Assembly (NCBI GenBank): GCA_043228905.1
Contig: JBHGNT010000232.1
Span: 1 to 47,490, forward strand
Origin: Azolla caroliniana
Taxonomy: Eukaryota; Plantae; Polypodiophyta
Direction: 5' to 3'
Length of the DNA: 47,490 nt
The notes beneath the pieces are model-generated. The model saw only the letters and a list, made by a program, of their open reading frames with translations. It did not search any database and was not told the origin of the DNA. The first letter of the stretch is position 1. Every line of letters begins with the position of its first letter. The position numbers and the translations under genes were made by a program. This document shows, piece by piece, positions 11,411 through 22,000 of the stretch.

Positions 11411-12225
11411 AGAGAGAGAATTAGTACTAGAGAAGGAAAGTACTATAAGGATTAATACTAAAAGGAAGGGAGTGTGTAAGACTCACGAGAGAGAGAGAGA
11501 GAGAGAGATTATATTATCGTCTTCGGAGGTCAAATATGACCTATGAGACCAAAAATATTACATTTCACGTGATACATGTGAAAGTGAGTAGTGACTATTG
11601 ATGTTAATGAACTTTACCAATGAATGTTGCAATCGAGAGTGCACATTGTGGTTGTGAGAGGAATTGATGCAAGGATTGGGCTCGGTCGAAGACATGTTGA
11701 AAGCATGGTCGAATATGATCAAAGGCAGAGCATTGTATCAAAGTGTGATACACAGACTTGCGAACTTGTTTAGGACAAAATGTGCATAGCCAATAACGAT
11801 ATGGGCTCTAACATGTATCGATGTGTACGGTTTCCCCGTTCCGCAAAGAATATGGTTTTGTAGTTAGGTGCAACATGTATAGTATAATGTGTTAGAGAGA
11901 GAGAGAGAGAGAGAATGATGATAACAGGTCATATATTATATGAAGAGTAAGTACAACAATAGCTAGGAGGCTTAAGACTGGCGTTGAACCTAATGGGTTC
12001 GAAATAATGCCTTGTGCCTCTTTTTATAGTGTTGTCAGGAGTACTCCTAAAGTTTCTAGAATGTTCCAAAGAAATCTAGAATATTTAACAATTTTCTATA
12101 GTAAAATAATAAATAAAAACAATCTTTGTATTACAATGTATAGCTTAATGGTAGAGCTTTAACCCATGTTACACAAGGTCATGGGTTCAAATCCTTTTAA
12201 TGCCATATCATGCTATATCATGACA
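11411..12225 (-). repeat. 5' LTR of Gypsy D, interrupted in its (GA)n tract; U5 terminus and PBS missing
   Basis: Matches the 3' LTR except for a 385-bp insert and loss of the last ~22 bp. tRNA-like cassette at 12141-12198. Confidence 0.88.
11509..11893. mobile_element. 385-bp unclassified insertion inside a (GA)n microsatellite
   Basis: Absent from the other two D LTRs; flanked by GA tracts 11487-11508 and 11894-11914. Confidence 0.7.
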
Positions 12226-12653
12226 CATACAAGTCTTTAACGATGAGAAGGTCTTCCATCTTTATCTTCCAGTCTGCATAGTTCTGCGAGTTTAGAACTA
12301 TCATGCCTGGGAAGCCGTTAAAACCTCCTTCCATGCTTGCACCTCAAGCTTTGATACCAATTTGTAGAGATTGGATCTTGAATCTCACTTCTAAATTCAC
12401 AGAAATACACAACTCAGAATAGAAAACAACAAATAGACAAAGATATACAATGCACGCAGTTTTATGTGGAAACCTGAATCGGGGAAAACCTCGGGAAAAC
12501 AGATCTTCCACTATACACAAAGAACAGTTACAACTCTTCTTTGATGCTCAAAGGATAACCACATAGGGTTCTTGGTAAGTTCATTAAACTCTATCGTCGC
12601 TCTCTCTCTCTCTTGCACTCTCTCGTCTCTCTATAACTACACTCGCTACAAGA

Positions 12654-12963
12654 TGTCATGATATAGCATGGTATGGCTTTTAAAGGATTTGAACCCATGA
12701 CCTTGTGTCACATGGGTTGAAGCCCTACCATTGAGCTATACATTATAATACAAAAAATTTTGTTTTCATTTACTATTTCACTATAGAAAATTGATGTATA
12801 TTCCAGATTTCTTTGGAACATTCTAGAAACTTCAGGAGTACTCCTGACAACACTATAAAAAGAGGCACAAGGCATTATTTCGAACCAATTCGGTTCAACG
12901 TCAGTCTTAAGCCTCCTAGTTGTTCTTGTATCTTTCTCCTTATAATATATATCTTCTATTGCC

Positions 12964-13024
<61 letters not shown>

Positions 13025-13119
13025 TTCCACACCATCTTCTCCTCTTAAGTACTCATAGTACTCATCCTCCTCTACCTCTAGTACTAATTCCCTCTCCGTC
13101 TTTAGTACTATTACTAACA
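12654..13119 (+). mobile_element. Solo LTR of Gypsy family D inside the Copia B LTR
   Basis: TGTCATG...CTAACA termini, TSD caaga (12649-12653) / cagga (13120-13124), TATAAAA at 12854, expanded (CT)n, tRNA-like cassette on the minus strand at 12685-12738. Confidence 0.92.
12815..12834. promoter_or_regulatory. Perfect 4-unit heat-shock element upstream of the LTR TATA box
   Basis: gGAAc aTTCt aGAAa cTTCa, ending 20 bp before TATAAAA. Three units persist in the other D LTRs (6474-6488, ~12053-12067). Confidence 0.7.
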
Positions 13120-15092
13120 CAGGAACTATTGCGCTATTCTACTCTCTTGTTCTACCACTCTGTTTGCCCTAAGTGTATTTCTACTTATACACAGTATGGG
13201 TTATTTACAAATGTAGCCTCTGTAACTACTATCTTCCTATTATTATACTAATAACAATAACAGTTAATCAACCGACTAGTCGACTAGTCGATTCGACAAG
13301 CCGACTCCTATGTAGACTATCCAGACAGCCCAACTGGTCGACCTTGTCATCGACAATCCGGTGGGCCCAACTAGTCAGTCGTGTCTTCGACTTGGATCAC
13401 TTACTATACTGTCGACTCCTCCTTGTCATCGATTATCGGCTCTCGGCCTGACTAGTCAGCTACTCCTTATCTTCGATTGTTGGCTCTCAGTCCGACCAGT
13501 CAACTACTCCTTATCTTCAAGTGTTGGCTCTCAGTCCGACCAGTCGGCTCCTCCCAGAGGGACATATTCCTAACATGAAACTCAAATGGATTTTCACCGC
13601 GAGCACAACGACCAGGAAGGTGCAACTCAGATAGGAGCTCAACAATGTCTAACAAAAATATCTATTTATGTCTGATTATACTGCCTAGATCCAGGAGATC
13701 TACAACTCCCTCACCTCCGTCAACATGATCATCGAGGAGGACCAAATGGTTCAGGTCTGCGTCAGCAGGCTGGCGTCTAAGTTTGGAGCATTCCGAACGG
13801 CTGTCTGCACAAGGGAGAATACGCCTTCTTTCTTCGAGTTGCGATCAATGCTACTCGTTGAAGAAAACCATGTGGGTGTGTCGATGAATGGGCACACTGA
13901 CATCAATGTACACAGAGGTGGACCGGCCCCGTGGTCATGGTGGACGAGGCGGGTCGGCACGCAACAATGACAGCCAACAAGAGCAGGATCAGAGTCAAAA
14001 AAGTGGTACTAACAGCAGTTCAAGACCCTCCACGAGCATACGGGATACAAGTGCTACAACCCCTAGACGAAGCAAGTGCGAGTGAGCCATGATGTCATCT
14101 TTAACGAATCAATGTCTTGGTATTCCCTTCTATCTCTGACTCCCGAAGACTCCAAGCCGATTACTAGGGATGAGGTCATTGAGACCAACTCAGTAAGAGA
14201 TGGGGTGGAATATGGACTTCCAGATAGTCCAATCGCCTTCTGGCTCTGTGGACCAAATCCGGATTGGTTGAGCCAGGATGGCCAACCGGATGAGAAGTCG
14301 GCGAGTAGCGAAGACTCGGTCATGCAATCCCTGCGCTAGAAGCCGAGGAGATGGCTTATGCGCAAGGAGAAGGGGAAGATGAAGATGCCAGAATATGGCA
14401 TAGAGGTCGGCGCATCGGACCGAAGTGAATCCGATGCAGCCAGGAGTGAAGATGGACCTCCAGAATTGAGGTCAGAGAATCGGCAGACCAGAAGTTGCGT
14501 CAATCCACCTGCCAGAAGAACCCCATGATCTGGTACTGGTATAATGAGCATATGGTGCATCACTATGTGTATATGGCGAAGGTGGCGGAAGTGCGTGAGG
14601 TAGGGAACTACGCAGAGGTGGTGAAGGACGCCAATTGGCGAGCCGCAATGGAGGAAGAGATGTGCGCACTAATGGAGAAAGAAACATGGGATCTAGTTTA
14701 TGCCCCCAAGGGTGTGAATCCAATCGGATTTCGATCGGTATACAAAGTGAAGTACAACGGCGACAGCTCCGTTAACTGATACAAAGCCCAACTAGTGGCC
14801 AAGAGTTGCACATAGCAACGCGGCATCGATTACGACTAAACATTCACGCCAATTACCAAAATGCCAGTCGTCCGGGTGCTGCTGGCAGTAGCAGCGGTGA
14901 AGGGATGGTACCTACCATCACGAACACACAACGCGCGGATTGGGACGGAGCACGGATGATGGAGCAACAAGTATCTTCACTGGGAACTGGAACAACAATG
15001 GGCGAAGGAGTGCATGTGAAGAGGTCGAGGTTAAATAGTCAAGGTTAACCCAAAACACGGCACAAATGGTAGCATTAACGAGAAACCGACGT

Positions 15093-15580
15093 GATACCCA
15101 CCAAGAAAGTGAGCGGTTGTGATCCCCACCGGAACTAGAAAGTGAGCGATCGAAATCGATCCTTGTCAAAAGAAAGTGGAGCGAAATGTAGACCAAAATA
15201 AAAATGGAGTGCAGGCGAGCAATGATTCGATCCCCACCAAGAAAGTGAGCGGTTGTAACCCCAACCGGAACTGAGAAGGTGAGCGTTCAAACTTGATCCT
15301 CACCAAAGGAAAGTGGAGTGAAACTTGAACTGAAATGAAAATGGAGTGAAAACGAGCAATGATTCGATCCCCACCAGGAAAGTGGGCAGTTGTAACCCCC
15401 ACCGGAACTGAGAAGGTGAGTGTTCAAAATCGATCCTCGTCAAAGGAAAGTGGAGTTAAACTTGAACCGAAATGAAAATGAACTGCAAACGAGCAATGAT
15501 TCGATCCCCACCAGGAAAGTGAGCGATTGTAACCCCCACCAGAACTATGAAGGTGAGCGATTGAAATCAATCCTCGCCAA
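15093..15580. repeat. 137-bp tandem array (3.5-4 units)
   Basis: Unit starts at 15093, 15229, 15366 and 15503. Confidence 0.92.
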
Positions 15581-15864
15581 AATCGGGATGCAAAAGGATA
15601 CCTATAGATGATGACAATGACAATGAAGAGGGCGGAACAATGAAGATAATGAAAGACCATGCAAAGTAATGTTGATGATGATGAAGGTTGGGCGATGTAG
15701 CGATGCAGACAACAAGAGGTGCGGAAAAACGATGATGTCAAAGACGAGGCAATGAAGAAAATGATGATGAGGAAGTGTCTCTAGAAGGAACGACTATAAC
15801 TATGGTGATGATGGTAACTCTAGAAGCAAAGACGATGATGAAGATGGATGATGCTTCCAATTGG

Positions 15865-15875
15865 AAGGGATTCAA
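15865..15875 (-). promoter_or_regulatory. Putative self-priming PBS of family C'
   Basis: Minus strand TTGAATCCCTT, 2 nt after the LTR end; complementary at 10/11 positions to AAGGGATTGAA (16089-16079), 32 nt after the first T of TATAAATA (16121-16114). Confidence 0.72.
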
Positions 15876-17089
15876 ACTATCACGAACACACCAAGCGCAG
15901 ATTGGGACAGAGCACGGATGATGGGGCTACGAACGACGGGCTACGAACTTGGAGTTAGAAATGACGAGGTTAGGAACTCTAGAAGTTGTGAGCAACATGA
16001 GGGCATGAAGACAAAGAGGAAGATGGAGACAAGATGACATGAAACGAGAATACTAGATTGATGTGTCAATGACTGGTGTTCAATCCCTTGAAAGGGACCA
16101 AGGAGGTTACAAGTATTTATACAAGTTCGGTGATTGAATATCTTTAGAATATACTCGAGAAATATCTCTAGAATATACCGTACAATATTTCTAGAATATA
16201 CTAACGACTAGAATATTTTGATTCTGAAATGTACTATATGTTGGACTATAGAATACTAAACTACTATATACAAATGCATGCTCATATCAAAATGGTTAAG
16301 CATGACATCTTGTTGATGTGAGGTTGTAGGTTCAATCAAAATGGTTGAGCATGACATCTTGTAGGTTGTAGGTTGTATTTTATGTCATTTTGTCGTGATA
16401 CCTGCACCAAATGGATGTGAAGAATGTGTTCCTGCAAGGAGAGCTTGAGGAACAGGTGTACATGGTGCAACCCCACGGACTTCAGTCCGGATTGAACACA
16501 TCGGTCGCCTGCCGACTAAAGAAGTTCCTTTACGGACTAAAGCAAGCCCTGCATGCTTGGAACACGAAGATCACGCAAAGATTGCGTTGGATGGGGTTTG
16601 CCCCGTCGAAGTCGAACTCATCGTTGTTCATCCGACAAGGTTGGAACAGGCCGGTTAGCATACTGCTATATGTGGATGACTTGGTCATCACCGGCGCCGA
16701 CCTGGAAGAAATCAACCGCGTAAAGTCCCAGCTTGCCGCATCATTCGAAATAAAGGATATGGGAGACCTTCATTACATCCTCAAGATCAAAGTGATCCGC
16801 ATCCCGGAAGGCATATTGATCATGCAACGACATTATGTGTTGAGTATGCTCTTCAAGTTCAGAATGACGGATTGCAAATCCATCCCGACTCCCTTGACAA
16901 GAATGTCAAGCTTCGCCCCGAATCGGGAATGACTTGTGACCCGACACGGTTCCGACAAATAGTTGAAAACCTTATATACTTGACCATCACTCGGTCGGAC
17001 CTTAGCTATTCAGTCGAACTGATTAGTTAGTTTATGTCGCAGTCAACCATCGATATTCATCGTAACACTCGCTTAACACATTCTAGATG

Positions 17090-17420
17090 AATATCACGTG
17101 GTGTCTACATGAATTGGCTAAGGAGTCTAGCCTGATAGTTGAGGCAAAGAATCTACTATCAATGGGCCAAATGGACAAGATTGAGTATTTGGTAGTGTTT
17201 GTGGATTGTTCCTTCAAGATCAGAAAAGTAAACGTTTGCATTACTATACCCACTCTTGGTATCCAAGAAGTAGCACCTATTTATTGGCAACGTCAGATCA
17301 ATTATTGACTACATTACAGCATATCATCTTAGGATATATGTCAAAAACCAACTTGAAGGTGCTATCAAGGTTTCGCTAGTTTCCTCACTAAACCATCAAT
17401 CATTCCCATTCTTACCTATG
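17090..17420 (+). pseudogene. Very decayed Copia RNase H-like remnant
   Basis: LGIQEVAPIYW and ID..HLRIYV..VSLVSSLNHQ loosely echo the Copia RNase H C-terminus. Weak. Confidence 0.3.
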
Positions 17421-19016
17421 CCCCCCCCCCCCCCCCTCCCCCCCATCCTCCACATAAGAGGTTTGTCTCCATCCATATGGATCTACTTGAGCATTACGTG
17501 ATATACTCAACCTAAGATAAATGAATCTATCCATTTTTCTATTTCAAGCAATCTCTAAGATTTATTCAATTTTGTGTTTGCTTCGTTAGGTTCTAACTCA
17601 AGTGCAATTATGTAACACATTTACCATTCATTAACCATTTACTATCCAAATGTCATATACATTATTACCTCAACTTTGTTGATTGAGTTCAATTGCTCAA
17701 ATGCCTTCACCACTCAAAGCCTCAAGACAATTTGATGCGCACATTAATGTGATTGGGTGTAGGGTGGAGCCCCAATGAGAGATGCCACAATTTCAGGCCA
17801 TAAAACACCTTATCAATACATTACAATTGATCGTGAGAAATCAAAAACCTTCTAACATTTTGAATAGGTGCACCTACTCATGATTTTTAGGAACCCCGTT
17901 TATTAATTTGCTATAGTGAAAATTTCTTTTGCCAACAGATCAAGATGTTGCACAAACTTCTCGAGACAATGAAGAAATGTAGAAGAAAATCACAATGTAG
18001 TACTAAAAAACCCAAACAAATACATACTTAAGCTGGCAATAGAGAGAGAACAAAAAATAAAATCATCATTAAAAGTTGTGATCACCATTGTGTGTTTGCC
18101 AAGCTACCTACAAAACAACCAAACTTGAAAACTTTTGCATTATTATATGAATTGGTCCAAAACTTTCGCATTTAGTCAAGGTCGCTAGAGCTTAGGTTTT
18201 AAAACTCTAGTAGCTCTAAAACGTGAAGCGTAGAAAGATGGCTCTAATCATCAAGATATGAGGTATTCAAAAGGACATTACCCAAAATGAGTTCTCAAAA
18301 TGAACCATATTGAGAAATTGCTCACATTCGAACACAACAAAAAATTGAGAGATTGTTTTCTGTCAATTGGGGTAACATGTCGCTCTTTGTTTTGTTGAAG
18401 TAGCAACCAAAAAATCATGTAGAAGGAATTATTTCAGCAATTCAATGCCAAAGAACTATCATGGCATCAAACCCAAAAAGAAGCTGGGAAAATGGGCACT
18501 GTAATGGAATCTCATTTCACCACTTTTATTTCATCCTTAAGGTAAGCTTAAGCCATGAATGTTTGTTGCCTTAAGGAGACAAACAAACTTTACACATCCA
18601 ATTGTCAAAGAAATGATGAAAACAATTCTCACTAGGTAGGTCTACATTGTAAAATACAGGTCGAGTCACTGGCTCTTGTTCTTGTTTAAGGAGTTTTAGC
18701 ATGTATGAGTAAATTCATACAGGTTAGATTATGAGTACATTGGAATGGGAGCCTATTTGTTGTTTGGGTATTTATAATCCAACTCTATGTTGGAGATGAT
18801 CATTCATGTATGTGATTTCAATTGAAATGTCACGAGAGCTCTGGTGCCGAGAAACTTTCAAGGAAATGATTATTGGTCGCTTCGTTACCACTTTTCATAA
18901 GCAAGAATATCTATCATTATCGTATTTCTCTATCAGAGGAATGAATCATCCCGAGCACACAATTATGTGTTTAAAACGTGCACAAGTAAGGTTATCAAGG
19001 AATAACTACACCAAAA

Positions 19017-22000
19017 TCACTGCGTGTCAATGTATGGGTGTGTCGTGCTCTCATGATTATCAGGCATCCCTGATGATGATGGCAATGCATGCAAGATGAA
19101 CTTTCTTCCATTTTTAAATGCTGATCCGGGAGAGACACTCTCTCTCCCGTCGCTTTTGGAGTTCTGATGATGAGAGAAAACCCTCTTTTGTTGGGGCGAC
19201 CGTGTTTTCAGAACAATTTCAGGTGCACAAAAGCTATTGGGATCGTTGTAGACATTCGGGCTGTTCTCATCGCCCAACCAAACCCGCGAACGAGACGGTG
19301 TTTCTGACATTTCGTCAAGATCTTCAAAATTACGTCGCGCTACGCTAGAAGAGGGAAGAAGAAGGGGAGTTACAGGTACAGTGAGACCATCATGCTCTCG
19401 TGTATGGAATTGATAGTTATCGGAAGGGAAGATCGAAGGTCGTAAATGCTCAATCAGAGATGATTCCTGGCTTGTTAAGCCAGGCAATTCTGTGGGGATG
19501 GAATGTCCCTGGTTCTGCCAGTATGATTGGGATGTGCTGATTCGAGAATACAAAGTATAATCATCTTCGGAGAGTTGTGGGAGAGGCCGATGAAGAGAGT
19601 AGATGTCATTAAGACCATCAGGATGAGAGGGTGCATCAGTTAGGTTATGGGGGAAAGTTGAGAGGTTCGATTGTGGATTCATCAGGATTTGGCCAAAGTT
19701 TTGGCTCCCTTCCAATGCCTCGAATATCCGACATGGTGAGTTAAAAGCCATTGTCGGTAATACTGAAAGTGTGAATGGGGAGCAGCTTTGTTCACCTGAC
19801 TTCACCAGGGGTTGAACATATGGTCTGTATTACGTTGCAAAAAAAGAAAATGAAAGTGTGTTAAGGTGTTAAATGGTTCCGAATTCTACATCTTCAAATG
19901 TTAGTAATAAAAAAAAGTTATCAATGCATTCCGATGCAAGTTAGGTGTTGTTATTGGTGGCTATTTGAGATGGTTATGAACTAGGCATTACAATGAGTTT
20001 GTTATTAAGTAAACCACACAAAGAAACTCACCCAGAGTGTTCATTATTAAGGTAAGGTGTAACTGGAGAAAGGACTCTGTTCTTTTGATCAGATTGAGGA
20101 TGATGATCTGGTGTCGGCCTCGAATCCATTTGGATCATTTCCTCATTGCTACTACTCATTGTCTCTACAGGAGTTTTTTGTTGCTCATTTTCATCAACTT
20201 CGGCTGAACCTATCATCAAGCAGATGGTAATGCATTAATATAGGCCTTTTATTTCCTTTTGCTTGGTTTTAGAGACATTTTTTGCTTTCTGCATAAAGAT
20301 CATAACATCATGTGTGATCAAATAATCATTGAAAAGCTTTGATATGTCAAAACCTTCATTTCTTCCGAAGACATTTCTACATCCCTCACACCGACAACCT
20401 TCGCCACAGCCAATGCCAGCCTGCAATCAACCATTGGGGAAAAAAAAAATTACAAACTCAAACCAAAAGGAAAAAAGTAAAGGAAAATGAGATATCAAAA
20501 ACTTAACAGGAAAACATTTGGGTTCCTTTTGCATTGAATAAGAATGCACTCCAACTCTGTGTATGTATGCACATGCAGCACACACATGCACATATATGTA
20601 TATACCTGATAGCATTCACAATACTTTTTCGAACACTGAGATTTCTTGCAGTTGCAACCGCGTTTGTGACGTGTGGGTGCAGGAGTGACGTCAAGGCATT
20701 CCTCCTTCGTTTTTTGCATACATGATCCAAAAAATGTGTTGTTTGTTTCAGAATTACAGTTCAAAAGATGTTCACAATAGCAGAGCATTTGGAGACAAAA
20801 CTTCACAAAATACACACTATGCTGCGTTCTTTTCTAGCAGAATTGCATGAGAGAGAAAAATGTATATACCCCAATTGTGGTAGGTGAAGAAACAGGTGCT
20901 CGGATAATCTTCGGGACAAAGGCTGAAGGATTTCTCGACTCAATTTGTTCTCGGGTTTGGAGCACTATATCCTCAAACTCGGGTCGGTTATAGCAATTAC
21001 TGCACCTACACCCACCTACACAATACACTCCAGCAGCAAAGCATTCGCAGTATCTGCAGCAAGGGTATAAGAGGTAAAATTATAAACTCTTGTATTGGTT
21101 TTTTTTCATGTCAAACATGCAACATTAAAAAATACTCACAATTTGAGACACTTTGATTTCTTGCACTTGCAATTTTTACAGCCTTCTCCGCTTGGGTTGT
21201 CATCGATGGAGAGCTTTCTGGTATAGTACCCAAAACAAATACTTGTCATTTCTATGAGAGGAAAACAGAAGAAGAAGAAGAAGAAAACACATATACATAC
21301 ACATGTTTGCACAAAAATGTATCAATCTTTCACTTGCCTCTTTTTGTTTGAACCACAGTCAGAGCTTATATGACCTGAATCATCTTCGGCGTGGTTGGAC
21401 TCTGATTGATGACAATGGGAAATCTCTGGAGGGACTGTTCCACATGTAAATAATCTATTCTCAAGGTTGTGAATAGAATCCATATCAAAAGTTGTAGGAA
21501 AACAAGAATTTTGCATCCCAAGCCCAGCAACATGAGCATCACTTGATAAGGATTTGCTCACATCTGGTGGTTTCATACCAATCCTGTCCACAAGGGAAAG
21601 GACCGCCTCGAGGTCGAGGTTATCAACAGATGCATTGTAGTGATTTCCATGTGAATGATTGGTATTACTGTCTCTAGAGACATTCGTAGGCACGTGACCA
21701 TGTGAGTTATCTATGTCAATTAAGGGAGATTCATGACTTTGATGGATACAAGGGTAATTATGCATGGCTGAAACCTTATATGAGAGCTCATTCATAGTAT
21801 TCAGACAAGGAGCCTCCAAGTTGGAACCTCGTGCACAGATCTCCAACTCGGGTCGGAGAGGAGGATATAATGCATGCTCATTTGTGGAAGCGAACATTGT
21901 CGGATTGTCCATCGTGTATCCAGAAACCAAATGCATGTTGGATGCTGTGTGTGCAGTAGCAGTGGAGGTAGTAGAAGTAGTAGCGGTATGAAATCCACTC

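Larger units (their letters stand above)
6224..12225 (-). mobile_element. Ty3/Gypsy chromovirus D (Tcn1-like), near full length, decayed
   Basis: LTRs 6224-6649 and ~11411-12225; 5-bp TSD tatac (6219-6223) / catac (12226-12230); PPT AAAGGGGGGGATAA at 6650-6663; order gag-PR-RT-RH-INT-chromodomain. Confidence 0.93.
5610..13575 (-). mobile_element. Copia B (relative of Copia F): 5' LTR 12363-13575, PBS 12348-12359, decayed gag split by Gypsy D and cut by family C
   Basis: gag from ATG at 12334 (MEGGFNGFPGMIVLNSQNYADWKIKMEDLLIVKDLY) resumes at 6223-5610 (..ESEWKLLNRK..LMRKIVRLKYRDGES..TCFYCGK), matching the 35012 ORF. PBS TGGTATCAAAGC. LTR termini TGTTAGGAAT...CTACA. Confidence 0.88.
14916..16400 (-). 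mobile_element. Family C' deletion derivative: 5' LTR 15878-16400, leader with tandem repeats, ~50-bp remnant of 3' LTR (14916-~14968)
   Basis: TSD cctac (14911-14915) / cctgc (16401-16405) inside Copia E RT; LTR termini TATCACG...CGTGATA (decayed TG...CA); no coding ORF recognised. Confidence 0.85.
13576..17050 (+). pseudogene. Copia E (same family as A): decayed gag-pol with a large internal deletion, interrupted by C'
   Basis: STTTRKVQLR and LASKFGAFRTAVCTRENTPSFF gag joined at ~14035 to GYKCYNP (integrase C-terminus). RT reads KGWYL | insertion | HQMDVKNVF..YVDDL. Confidence 0.85.

Noticed and set aside
15495-15515. GATTCGATCCCCACCA in the tandem unit as a tRNA 3' end or repeated PBS
   Set aside because: The distance from the T-loop-like motif to CCA is too short for a tRNA, and there is no A-box.
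15093-15580. CRISPR-like array
   Set aside because: Whole 137-bp units are homologous with no unique spacers, there are no cas genes, and the context is a plant retroelement.
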